Assembly: GCA_017455205.1 (NCBI GenBank)
Contig: JAFTBM010000035.1
Location: 2,933-66,932, forward strand
Source: Bacteroidales bacterium
GTDB taxonomy: Bacteria; Bacteroidota; Bacteroidia; Bacteroidales; P3
DNA length: 64,000 nt
Reading direction: 5' to 3'
The translations under genes were made by a program, and so were the position numbers. Below, piece after piece: positions 52,700 through 61,978 of this stretch; position 1 is the first letter of the stretch; every line of letters starts with the position of its first letter. The notes beneath the pieces were generated by a model. It did no database searches and had not been told where the DNA came from. It saw only the letters and a program-made list of their open reading frames with translations.

Positions 52700-53614
52700 A
52701 TGAATGCCCCCCCACACCTCCGACCCACCGACCACGTGGCCATTGTGGCCACGGCTCGCAGCGTTGAGCCAGCGGAGATGGCTCCAGCCATTGAGCTGCT
52801 CACCTCGTGGGGGCTGCATGTGGAAATTCCAGCGGGACTCTATGCCACCGAGGGACAGCTCGCAGGCTCCGACGCCCACCGTGCCGAACTCCTCCAGCAG
52901 GCTATTGATAGTCCACACCTCAAAGCCCTCTTCTTCGCCCGTGGCGGCTACGGCACCGCTCGCATCATCGACCGAGTGGACTTCTCCCCATTGCACCAGC
53001 ACCCCAAGTGGCTCATCGGCTATAGCGACATCACCGTCGTCCACAGCCATCTCCACCGCCACCTTGCCCTCCCTACCCTCCACGCCACCATGCCCATCAA
53101 CATCCCCTCGCATCCCGACCCCCATTGCCCCGCGCTGCAAAGCCTCCACGACTACCTCTTCCGTGGCCATTGCTATATCGCCATTCCATCCCACCCCTTC
53201 AGCCGCCCCGGTCAGGCCATTGCCCCCGTCGTTGGCGGCAACCTCTCCATCCTCTACAGCCTCTGCGGCTCCCCCTCCACCATCGACACCACTGGCAAAA
53301 TCCTCCTCCTCGAAGACCTCGACGAATACCTCTACCACCTCGACCGCATGATGCTCAACCTCCGTCGCAACGGCATGCTGCAAGGGCTTGCCGGGCTGAT
53401 TGTGGGCGGGCTGACCGACATGCGCGACAACGCCGTCCCCTTTGGTCGCAGTGCCGAACAGATCGTGGCCGAGGCCGTCGCCCCCTATTCGTTCCCAGTC
53501 GCCTTCGGTGTTCCCATTGGCCACCTCGGCCTCCGCAACCATGCCCTCCCGCTCGGCACCCCCGTGAGCCTCCATGTCGAACCCAGCGGCGCAGCCGCCA
53601 TCAATGCCCTCTGA
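52700..53614 (+). CDS. LD-carboxypeptidase (peptidase S66)
   Basis: ARGGYGTARI and the nucleophile motif GYSDITVVH. C-terminal E/H region. 304 aa. Confidence 0.85.
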   Translation: MNAPPHLRPTDHVAIVATARSVEPAEMAPAIELLTSWGLHVEIPAGLYATEGQLAGSDAHRAELLQQAIDSPHLKALFFARGGYGTARIIDRVDFSPLHQHPKWLIGYSDITVVHSHLHRHLALPTLHATMPINIPSHPDPHCPALQSLHDYLFRGHCYIAIPSHPFSRPGQAIAPVVGGNLSILYSLCGSPSTIDTTGKILLLEDLDEYLYHLDRMMLNLRRNGMLQGLAGLIVGGLTDMRDNAVPFGRSAEQIVAEAVAPYSFPVAFGVPIGHLGLRNHALPLGTPVSLHVEPSGAAAINAL

Positions 53615-53615
53615 T

Positions 53616-54932
53616 ATGCTCCTCATCCACGTGCCTCGCCTCTCCAACCGCTTGGGATACACCCTCAACGTGCTCTTCCACCACCTCCTCCGCACCGACT
53701 TCAGCATCACCACCGACCCCGACTGCTTCGCCGCCCACAGCGGCCCCAAGCTCTGCTACGGCCCCCACCACCTCGAAGGCGGCATCTACCTCAAAAGCGT
53801 CCCCCTCCTCTTCTCCACCTCAATCGAGGAGCAAAACCACCGAGCCACGCAACAGGACGGCCAGTGGCAACTCTTCCCCGTCTACGGCGGCGATTCCGAC
53901 CTCCCCTTCGACCCCCTCGCCGCCTCCTTCTTTATGCTCAGCCGCTACGAAGAATACCTCCCCTACCGGACCGACCCCCACGGGCGCTTCCCCGCCGAGC
54001 AAAGCATCGCCTACCGCCACGGCTTCCTCCGCCAACCCGTGGTCGAACAATGGGCAGCCCTCCTGCGCAGCCTCCTGCACAGCCGTTACCCCAACCTTCG
54101 GCTCCCACAGCCAACCTACTCCCTCGTCCAGACCTTCGACATCGACGAAGCTTGGTGCTACCTCCACAAAGGGCTCGTCCGCACCCTGGCTGGCACCGCC
54201 CGCAACCTCTTCCTCCAGCACGACCCCGCTGCCGTCCGCCAACGCATCCGCGTTCTCCGCCACCGTGCTCCTGACCCCTACGACACCTTCGCCCACATCC
54301 TCTCGCTCCACCGCCGCTACCCAGCCTCGCGCCTCTTCTTCTTCGCCCTCGTGGCTGACTACGGACAGTTCGACAAACCCATCAGCCACCTCAACCCCCA
54401 CATGCGCGACCTCCTCCAATCCCTCGCCGACCACGCCACCCTCGGCATCCATCCCGGCTACTCTACCCTTGACAAACCCGCTGACTGCGACCTCGAAATC
54501 GCCCGCCTGCAATCCATCCTCCACCGCGACATCCACCACTCCCGCTTCCACTTCCTCCGCCTCCACCTGCCCCACTCCTACCGCATCCTCCTCCACGCTG
54601 GCATCCGCCACGACCACTCTATGGCCTTCCCCGACGCGCCTGGCTTCCGCGCCGGCACCAGCTCCCCCTTCCCCTTCTTCGACCTCCTGCGCGACCAAGA
54701 AACCGACCTCCTTATCCATCCCTTCTGCCTCATGGACACTACCCTCCGCCGCTACCTCCACCTCGCCCCAGCCGAAGCCCTACCGCTCTGCCGCGAACTC
54801 GTCGACTCCGTCCGCGCCGTCGGCGGCGCCTTCACCACCCTCTTCCACAACCAAAACCTCGCCGACACCGAACCCTGGCAAGGCTGGCGAACACTCTACG
54901 AGCAAATCTTCGCCTACGCACAACCCCATTAA
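53616..54932 (+). CDS. Conserved hypothetical protein, polysaccharide-deacetylase-like (tentative)
   Basis: Start taken at MLLIHVPRLSNRLGYT, 1 nt after the upstream stop. The TFDIDEAW segment resembles a NodB-type motif. The family assignment is tentative. Confidence 0.5.
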   Translation: MLLIHVPRLSNRLGYTLNVLFHHLLRTDFSITTDPDCFAAHSGPKLCYGPHHLEGGIYLKSVPLLFSTSIEEQNHRATQQDGQWQLFPVYGGDSDLPFDPLAASFFMLSRYEEYLPYRTDPHGRFPAEQSIAYRHGFLRQPVVEQWAALLRSLLHSRYPNLRLPQPTYSLVQTFDIDEAWCYLHKGLVRTLAGTARNLFLQHDPAAVRQRIRVLRHRAPDPYDTFAHILSLHRRYPASRLFFFALVADYGQFDKPISHLNPHMRDLLQSLADHATLGIHPGYSTLDKPADCDLEIARLQSILHRDIHHSRFHFLRLHLPHSYRILLHAGIRHDHSMAFPDAPGFRAGTSSPFPFFDLLRDQETDLLIHPFCLMDTTLRRYLHLAPAEALPLCRELVDSVRAVGGAFTTLFHNQNLADTEPWQGWRTLYEQIFAYAQPH

Positions 54933-54942
54933 CCCCCCACCG

Positions 54943-55464
54943 ATGATAAACTACAAAGAACGCCTCTCCTCCATCCGCGCCTTCGTCTTCGACTTCGACG
55001 GCGTCATGACCAACGGCGACGTATGGGTCTACGCCGACCGCCAAACCGTCCGCTGCGGCAACATCAAGGACGGCTTTGCCATGCAATACGCCGTCAAAAA
55101 AGGCTACCTCGTGGCCCTCATCAGCGGAGCTACCTCGGCCAGCATCGACAACCGCATGGCCATGCTCGGCGTCAGCCACTGCTACACCGGCTGCGCCGAC
55201 AAGCTGCCCGTCTACGAGCGCTTCCTCCAAGAGCATGGCCTTGCCGACAGCCAGGTACTCTGCATGGGCGACGACCTGCCCGACTACCCCCTCCTCCGCC
55301 GTGCCGGCGTGGCCACATGCCCCGCCGATGCCGCCACCGAAATCAAAGCCATCGCACACTACATCTCGCCCCTCCCTGGCGGCAGAGGCTGCGTGCGCGA
55401 CGTCATCGAACAGACCCTCCGCCTCCAAGGGGCGTGGTTCCACCCCGAAGCCGTAGTATGGTAG
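54943..55464 (+). CDS. kdsC: 3-deoxy-D-manno-octulosonate 8-phosphate phosphatase (HAD-IIIA, KdsC family)
   Basis: FVFDFDGVMTNG, IKDGFA, ALISGA, GDDLPD and PADA motifs. The open frame upstream of 54943 is a P/S/T-rich shadow. Confidence 0.8.
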   Translation: MINYKERLSSIRAFVFDFDGVMTNGDVWVYADRQTVRCGNIKDGFAMQYAVKKGYLVALISGATSASIDNRMAMLGVSHCYTGCADKLPVYERFLQEHGLADSQVLCMGDDLPDYPLLRRAGVATCPADAATEIKAIAHYISPLPGGRGCVRDVIEQTLRLQGAWFHPEAVVW

Positions 55465-56270
55465 CCCCCCGTCCGCACCTCCTCGCCCTCGCCTGCCTCC
55501 TCACGGTAGGCCGCCTTGCCGCTCAAAACTTCTCCCCCAGCGACACCCTCACCCAGTACCCCCACTACGGCACCTACTACCACGACCGCTTCGTGGGTCG
55601 CAAGACAGCCTCTGGCGAAATCTTCGACCAAAACAAATTCACCGCCGCCCACTGGAAAATCAAGCTCGGCACCCTCGTCCTCGTCACCAACCGCAACACC
55701 GGCCTCCAAGTCATCGTCAAAATCAACGACCGCTGCCCCAAACACGGTGTCCTCGACCTCACCCACCGTGCCGCCACCGCTATCGGCATCCGTGGCTGCC
55801 AACCCGTCACCGTGCGCATCATCCCCCCCTCCTACGAAGCCCGCTGGCACGCCCAAGAACCCCTCTTCGACTCCGTGAAAGTCGCCCCCCAGCGCAACCC
55901 CTCCTCCCCAGCAGCACCTAAAACACCCCCCACCGACACCACCACTGCCGCCCCCACCACTTCCCCCGCCCCTCAAGCACCCAACGCCCACCCAACGCCC
56001 ACCATGCCCGCCCACAAAACCACCACCACCACCCACCACCAACGCTGCTGCGCCATCCAACTCGGCACTGCCCAAAACCACGCCGAAGCCTACGAAAAAA
56101 TCCACCTCCTGCCAGAATACTACCAATCCTCCGTCTCTGTCGAAACCATCCCCGAAACCGACCTCCTCCTCCTCACACTCGACGTCAGCCTTCCCGCCGA
56201 CAAAGCCCGTGCCCTAAGCCAAGCACTCCTCCACAACTTCCCCGACAACACCGTCTCCTACTGCGACTAA
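55458..56270 (+). CDS. rlpA: Septal-ring lytic transglycosylase RlpA-family protein (DPBB plus SPOR domains)
   Basis: Start MVAPRPHLLALACLL overlaps the kdsC stop. The DPBB core is GTYYHDRFVGRKTASGEIFDQNKFTAAHWKIKLGTLVLVTN...VIVKINDRCP. A P/T-rich linker and a SPOR-like C-terminus follow. Confidence 0.8.
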   Translation: MVAPRPHLLALACLLTVGRLAAQNFSPSDTLTQYPHYGTYYHDRFVGRKTASGEIFDQNKFTAAHWKIKLGTLVLVTNRNTGLQVIVKINDRCPKHGVLDLTHRAATAIGIRGCQPVTVRIIPPSYEARWHAQEPLFDSVKVAPQRNPSSPAAPKTPPTDTTTAAPTTSPAPQAPNAHPTPTMPAHKTTTTTHHQRCCAIQLGTAQNHAEAYEKIHLLPEYYQSSVSVETIPETDLLLLTLDVSLPADKARALSQALLHNFPDNTVSYCD

Positions 56271-56435
56271 TCCCACCCGCTCGCCTGCGGCCACTCTTCG
56301 TCGGCTCCACGCCCTGAAATCGAATGGCAGACTGTCTTTTGATGAAAAGTCAGCATCGGTGGGCGATTGATTGTGTAAAAACTACACGCATTTTTCTCAT
56401 CAGCAATCCCCTGATATGCAGCCATATCATTGTCC

Positions 56436-56504
56436 GTTCTTCAATAGTTCTTCAATAGTTCTTCAATCGTTCTTCAATAATCGATTGAAGAACGATTGAA
56501 GAAC
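56436..56504 (+). repeat. Tandem-word hairpin: GTTCTTCAAT(A/C) x4, 5-nt loop, inverted word x2 (second copy of the 5033-5101 family)
   Basis: Words at 56436, 56447, 56458 and 56469. Inverted GATTGAAGAAC at 56483 and 56494. The inner two word pairs form an uninterrupted 21-bp helix. Confidence 0.9.
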
Positions 56505-56680
56505 GTTTGTCCACCGATAGGCGAAAAGGCAACCTCGGGGGCAGGGAGAAGAATGCTCATCCGCGGCTGCAATCGAAGTCGCTGCCCGCAGGAATGCTGC
56601 GGTGCTCGGATTTCCTCCCCCGAAAAGAGAGACAGAATGCGAAAAAATAAACTTTTTTTCGGTGATTAAATAAAAATTGT

Positions 56681-56688
56681 TATCTTTG
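56681..56688 (+). promoter_or_regulatory. -7 promoter box TATCTTTG upstream of porP
   Basis: Matches TAnnTTTG followed by CA. Preceded by an A/T-rich UP-like stretch. Confidence 0.5.
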
Positions 56689-56801
56689 CACATCCATTCT
56701 CTACTCGCAAGAAAAGGTATCTTGAGAGGTTGAGGATGCGGTAAGAAGTTAAAACACAGGCCATAGTGTCTATATTGAACAGAAAACCAGTAGCCGTGCG
56801 G

Positions 56802-57809
56802 ATGCCGAAAATAGCCTTATTTTTGGCCTTGATGCTCGTGGTCGAAGCCTATTCGCAGGCACAAATCGAGGGGCAGTATACCCATTTTATGTTCAATAGG
56901 CTTAGCTACAATCCCGCCTACGCTGGCAGTTCGGGAAATATCTCGGCCACGGTGCTCTATCGCAGCCAGTGGTTGGGGTTCGACCTGCAGGCACCAGTGG
57001 CTGGCGGCGAAGCGGGCAGTGCACCGACCGACATGCTCTTCAGCGTCGACCTGCCCGTCAGGTGGCTGCACGGTGGGCTTGGCCTCAATTTCACCTCCGA
57101 GAAGCTTGGCTACCACAGCAACAACGTCATCGAGCTCGACTATGCCTTCCGCCTCTACTGGGGAGCGGGGACGCTCTCGGCGGCTGTGGGTGCCGAGTTG
57201 CAGAGCTGCCAGTTCAAGACCACGAACCTGCTCGGCATGAGCGACCTCAGTGGTGACCCCGCCAACCCAGTGGCCACCTCGTCGGACCCCCTGCTCACGG
57301 GTGGCGAGCTTTCCGACTTCCTGATCGATGTGGCCACGGGTCTCTACTACCAGGTGCCAGGCATCTACTACGTGGGTCTCTCGGTCAAGAACCTCCTCGG
57401 AGCCAAAAGCGACCAGCTCAACCTCACCAACGCACGCACGCTCTACCTCATGGGTGGCTACGAATACACCTTCCCCTACAATCCCTCGCTCAAGTTCAAA
57501 CCCTCGGCCTTGGTCAAGACAGCCGACTTCTCGGCCATCCAGGCCGATGTGGCCTGCCTGCTCGACTACGAGAACACCCTCTGGGGCGGCGTGGGCTACC
57601 GCTGGGGCGATGCTTTCACCCTCATGGCAGGTCTCAACTTCCTGAAGATTATGCAGGTGGGTGTGGCCTACGACCTGACCACCTCCAAGCTCGGCTTCGG
57701 CGGTGGCCGCAGCCTCGGCTCGGTGGAAGTCTACATGAACCTCGCCTTCCAAATCAACGTCAATAAAAAGAATCCCACCGTCTCGCGCAACACGCTATAT
57801 CTGCGCTAA
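56802..57809 (+). CDS. porP: T9SS membrane protein PorP/SprF family
   Basis: QYTHFMFNRLSYNPAYAGSSG is the family signature. It lies directly upstream of porKLMN as in other Bacteroidota. An alternative GTG start is at 56766. Confidence 0.85.
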   Translation: MPKIALFLALMLVVEAYSQAQIEGQYTHFMFNRLSYNPAYAGSSGNISATVLYRSQWLGFDLQAPVAGGEAGSAPTDMLFSVDLPVRWLHGGLGLNFTSEKLGYHSNNVIELDYAFRLYWGAGTLSAAVGAELQSCQFKTTNLLGMSDLSGDPANPVATSSDPLLTGGELSDFLIDVATGLYYQVPGIYYVGLSVKNLLGAKSDQLNLTNARTLYLMGGYEYTFPYNPSLKFKPSALVKTADFSAIQADVACLLDYENTLWGGVGYRWGDAFTLMAGLNFLKIMQVGVAYDLTTSKLGFGGGRSLGSVEVYMNLAFQINVNKKNPTVSRNTLYLR

Positions 57810-57889
57810 ATGGACGGCGGATGAAACAAAATCGCGCAATATCCGTTATACATAGGCAATCAACGCACATCAAACGACAATAGCAAAAC

Positions 57890-59266
57890 ATGACCGATAT
57901 GAAAAAGCTGTTCTTCATGCTGACCGTAGCAGCCGCCTTGACGGCGGGATGTGGGTCGTCGAACAAAGGCGAGCTCGTTGGCGTAGCCGACCGCCCCTAC
58001 TTCGAGGATATTGACCTCAAAGGTATGGTCTTTGTCAGTCAAGGAAACTTCACGATGGGTGCTGGTACGCAGAACGTTACCTACGGTAGCGCTACCACCA
58101 CTCAGCCTCGCAAGATGCAGATTGAGTCCTTCTTCATGGACGAAACCGAAATTACCAACACCGAGTACCGCCAGTTTGTGGCAGCGGTGAGCGACTCGGT
58201 GATGCGCCGCATCTTGGGTGAGGCCGGTATCGACGGGATGCTGATCGAGGAGGATGAATATGGCGAGCCGCTCGACCCCCCTGTGCTCAACCGCAAGGCC
58301 AAAATCAACCTCAAGGATGCCGACGTGCGTCAGGCTCTGATTGATGGGGGCTACTATATCGTCGACCTCAACCATCAGCGCATCGTCGATGCCTCGAAGC
58401 TCAACTATGAGTACTATTATCTTGACTATGCCGATGTGGCCAAGAAGGAGAATGGTGTGGCTACCAAGAGCGAATATCGCGGCTCATCGTTTGCCGTCCG
58501 TCCCAAAGGGTTGAACAACCGCTCGAGCCAAATACAGCGCGAGTATGTCAATATCTATCCCGACACCCTCTGCTGGGTGCACGACTATGCCTACAGCATG
58601 AACGAGGACTTCACGCGCAACTACTTCTCCTCATCGGCCTACGACAACTATCCCGTGGTGGGCGTCAGCTGGCGCCAGGCCAAGGCTTTCTGCGTGTGGC
58701 GCTCGAATATGCTCAACCAATACCTCGAAAGCATCGACTACACCCGCCTCAACGACTTCCGTCTGCCGACCGAAAGCGAATGGGAGTATGCAGCCCGTGG
58801 CGGTATCGCCAGCCAGAGCTACCCCTGGGGAGGTCCCTATGTGCGCAACCCGAACGGATGCTTCCTGGCCAACTATGAGCCCCTGAAGGGTGCCTACGAC
58901 GACGATGGTGGGGTGAAAACCCTCATGGTCGGCCACTATGCTCCCAACGACTTCGGCCTCTACGACATGTCGGGCAACGTCAGCGAGTGGTGTCTTGATG
59001 CCTACAACGAGTCTACCTACCAAGTGGCCAACGCTATGACTCCCTACTATAACTACGACGCCAAGGATGACGACCCGCTGGCTATGAAGCGCAAAGTGGT
59101 GCGCGGCGGCAGCTGGAAGGACCAGAAGTACTTCATCCAAGTCCAGACCCGCACCTATGAGTTTATGGACACCGCCAAGTGCTACATCGGCTTCCGCTGC
59201 GTGCAGCCCTACCTCGGCCGCGTCAAGGGCGACAACCTCCGCACAGCAAGCAACGTAGTGCGCTAA
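57890..59266 (+). CDS. porK: T9SS lipoprotein PorK/GldK (FGE-sulfatase fold)
   Basis: Lipobox LTAGC. GldK-typical N-terminus GELVGV..RP. FGE/SUMF1 domain (NYPVVGVSWRQAKAFCVWRS, RLPTESEWEYAARGG, RGGSW). Confidence 0.95.
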   Translation: MTDMKKLFFMLTVAAALTAGCGSSNKGELVGVADRPYFEDIDLKGMVFVSQGNFTMGAGTQNVTYGSATTTQPRKMQIESFFMDETEITNTEYRQFVAAVSDSVMRRILGEAGIDGMLIEEDEYGEPLDPPVLNRKAKINLKDADVRQALIDGGYYIVDLNHQRIVDASKLNYEYYYLDYADVAKKENGVATKSEYRGSSFAVRPKGLNNRSSQIQREYVNIYPDTLCWVHDYAYSMNEDFTRNYFSSSAYDNYPVVGVSWRQAKAFCVWRSNMLNQYLESIDYTRLNDFRLPTESEWEYAARGGIASQSYPWGGPYVRNPNGCFLANYEPLKGAYDDDGGVKTLMVGHYAPNDFGLYDMSGNVSEWCLDAYNESTYQVANAMTPYYNYDAKDDDPLAMKRKVVRGGSWKDQKYFIQVQTRTYEFMDTAKCYIGFRCVQPYLGRVKGDNLRTASNVVR

Positions 59267-59332
59267 CCCCAAAGAGAGCTGAATGCATCACTAAAAAAAC
59301 ACATTTAATAACCTAACACAAAACAAGCAAGT

Positions 59333-60202
59333 ATGAGTTTCATCGACACGATTGTCCGCAGTAAAGGCTATAAGACCTTCATGGGCTACCTCTATGGTTG
59401 GGGTGCCGCAGTCGTTATTATCGGCGCATTGTTCAAAATTATGCACTGGCCTGGTGCCAACATGATGCTTATTGCCGGCATGGGTACGGAGACGTTCATC
59501 TTCATCATGTCGGCATTCGAACCGCCGCACAAAGAGTGGGATTGGAGTTTGGTATACCCCGAGTTGGCAGGCATGGCAGTGGAGAGTCCGTTGCAGCCCG
59601 AACTCGATGAGGATGGTAATCCCATCGAAGGCACGGAGCAGCAGCCCGTCAGCAAAGATCCGCTGACTGCCAAGCTGGACAAGATGCTTGAGGATGCCAA
59701 TATCAGTCCCGAGCTGATTGACCGCCTCGGGCAGGGCATGCAGAACCTGGCCGAAAGTGCCAACTCGATGAACAACATGGCCAGCGTCACGGCTGCCACC
59801 GACAAGTTTGTGGGCAATATGGACGGTGTGGCCACACAGGCGGGCAAGCTGCTGGAGAGCATGCAGGGGGCTCCCGAGTCCATCTCCACCCTCTCGGCCA
59901 TCTATCGCGAGACGGCCGAAAGCCTCAGCGGCGAGGTGAGCTACGTGGAGGAGATGAAGAAGATGTCGGCCAGCTTGAGCAGCATCAACGCTATGTACGA
60001 GATGCAGATAAGCAATGCTTCGACGCAGATGAACCTCAACAAGGAGTTCGAGGAGAAGATGGCCACGATGCTGGCCAACTTCAGCGACTCGGCCGACGGC
60101 ATCACCAAGTACAAAGAGCAGGTGGATGCACTCACGCGCAAGGTGTCTGAACTCAACAATGTCTACGGCAATATGTTGGCTGCAATGCAGACGCGCATCT
60201 GA
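59333..60202 (+). CDS. porL: T9SS inner-membrane motor component PorL/GldL
   Basis: Two N-terminal TM helices (YGWGAAVVIIGALFKIMHWPGANMMLIAGMGTETFIFIMSAFEP), the typical GldL signature. The C-terminal part looks helical. Confidence 0.9.
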   Translation: MSFIDTIVRSKGYKTFMGYLYGWGAAVVIIGALFKIMHWPGANMMLIAGMGTETFIFIMSAFEPPHKEWDWSLVYPELAGMAVESPLQPELDEDGNPIEGTEQQPVSKDPLTAKLDKMLEDANISPELIDRLGQGMQNLAESANSMNNMASVTAATDKFVGNMDGVATQAGKLLESMQGAPESISTLSAIYRETAESLSGEVSYVEEMKKMSASLSSINAMYEMQISNASTQMNLNKEFEEKMATMLANFSDSADGITKYKEQVDALTRKVSELNNVYGNMLAAMQTRI

Positions 60203-60257
60203 TGCACACAGAAGTCTAACGTAACCGCTTACCTAACGAAAAAGAAAGGAAGAGACT

Positions 60258-61940
60258 ATGGGTGCAACTAATTGTCCGGAGACCCCGAGGCAAAAGATGA
60301 TTACTATGATGTATCTCGTCTACACCGCTATGTTGGCACTCAACGTGTCGGCAGAGGTGCTGGCGGGATTTAAGAGCGTCGGCACTGCGATGCGCAAGTC
60401 CAATGCCAATATCATTGCCAAACTCGACGATACCTACTCCAACTTCGAGTCAGCCTACAAGAACAGCCCCGACAAAGTGGGTGAGCAGTACAACAAGGCT
60501 CAGCAGATTAAGAAGCTCTCGAAGGACTTGGTGGGATACCTCGACAGCCTCGAGTGTGAGTTTATCGGCACGAAGATTGTAAACAAGGCCGACATCAAGA
60601 GAGACACTGCGGCGACGAAAGCCTCCACGGTGATGTTTCTTGACGAGAACATGAACGTCAATCACGATAGTGTGCGCTATGTGATGGACAGGGAGGGTTT
60701 GAATTGGTTTACCGACAAACAGTTGGAGGATAACCACAACCCCGCCAATTTCTTCTACCTGAAACCAAAAGATGCCGCTGAAGGTACGAAAAACAAGGCC
60801 GAGCAAATCAAGGAAAAGATAATCGCCTACAAGCGGGCCATCAACCAGGCGTTGGGTGAAGATTCTGCCCATGTGGTGTTGGCAATGGATGTCTCGGACG
60901 GGCCAGACAAGGATGGCAAGATGGTTTCGTGGGAGCAACTGACCTTCAGTGAGGTTATCACTGGTGCTGCGCTGGTGGCACTCACGCGCATCAAGGCCGA
61001 GGCACTCAATGCCGAGTTTGATGCAGTGAATATGCTCTACAAGAAGGTGAACAAAGGCGACAAGAGCTTCAGCAACATCGAGATGCTTTCAGTCCCCAAG
61101 GCTGCCTACGTGATGCAGGGCGGTACGTATGAGACCGCCATCCGCGTGGGTGCCTACGACCCTAACCAGCGTTTCCGTGTGATGATCAACGGCCAGTCGG
61201 TTACCTCGGATGAGAATGGCACGGCCAACTTCAAGATGACGTGCAACTCTGTGGGGCCGCAGACCATCAAAGGTAAGGCCATCATCACGACGCAGGACGG
61301 CGAAGAGGAGTATGACTTCAGTGACGAGTTTTATGTGGCAGTACCATCGGCGACCATTTCGCTCGACAATATGAATGTGCTGTATGCAGGCTTGGAGAAT
61401 CCCATTTCGGTGAGTGCGCCAGGTATGGCCAGTCGCGATGTCAGCGTAACGATTGATCAAAACTTGGGCAAACTGACCAAAGGAGATGGTGAAGGCAAGT
61501 ATAATATCACACCCAATGGAAGTGTGAAAGCCATAGAAGCAACGGTGTGGGGAAATATAGACGGACAGCAGAAGAAGCTGAACACGATAAGATATCGTGT
61601 AAAAGAAATGCCTAAGCCAGTGTTGAAAGTTGGTGTGTATGAGAATGGGGAGAAGAAGGCATCGCGTAAAGAATTTAGTGAAAACACCATGGTGATTGCC
61701 TCGAAGAGTAAAGACTTTGAGTTTAAGATACCCAAAGGGTCAATTCGCATCAAGACGATGAATATCACGGTGGGTAGCAAAACATGTGCACCGATTGAGA
61801 ATAGTGGAAAGCTCAACGCCGAGGTGGCGAGTGCCATTAGAAAGGCTAACCGAGGCGACAATTTGGTGGTTACCGCTACGGTAATGATGCCCGATGGGAA
61901 ACCGCGTGAGGTGGATTGCGTGATAAAGTTGGCGAAATAG
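60258..61940 (+). CDS. porM: T9SS periplasm-spanning component PorM/GldM
   Basis: PRQKMITMMYLVYTAMLALNVSAEVL N-terminal signature. About 560 aa. Confidence 0.9.
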   Translation: MGATNCPETPRQKMITMMYLVYTAMLALNVSAEVLAGFKSVGTAMRKSNANIIAKLDDTYSNFESAYKNSPDKVGEQYNKAQQIKKLSKDLVGYLDSLECEFIGTKIVNKADIKRDTAATKASTVMFLDENMNVNHDSVRYVMDREGLNWFTDKQLEDNHNPANFFYLKPKDAAEGTKNKAEQIKEKIIAYKRAINQALGEDSAHVVLAMDVSDGPDKDGKMVSWEQLTFSEVITGAALVALTRIKAEALNAEFDAVNMLYKKVNKGDKSFSNIEMLSVPKAAYVMQGGTYETAIRVGAYDPNQRFRVMINGQSVTSDENGTANFKMTCNSVGPQTIKGKAIITTQDGEEEYDFSDEFYVAVPSATISLDNMNVLYAGLENPISVSAPGMASRDVSVTIDQNLGKLTKGDGEGKYNITPNGSVKAIEATVWGNIDGQQKKLNTIRYRVKEMPKPVLKVGVYENGEKKASRKEFSENTMVIASKSKDFEFKIPKGSIRIKTMNITVGSKTCAPIENSGKLNAEVASAIRKANRGDNLVVTATVMMPDGKPREVDCVIKLAK

Positions 61941-61978
61941 ATAGGTAGAGTGAAAATATAACAAATAAAATTGACGCT

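Noticed and set aside
53125-54942. 606 extra open codons upstream of kdsC (ORF 53125..55464, 779 aa) overlapping two other genes in another frame
   Set aside because: The translation is P/S/T/A low-complexity. It overlaps the LD-carboxypeptidase and the 53616..54932 gene, both of which have sensible sequences. The KdsC homology begins only at the Met at 54943. This is an artefact of the C-rich coding strand.
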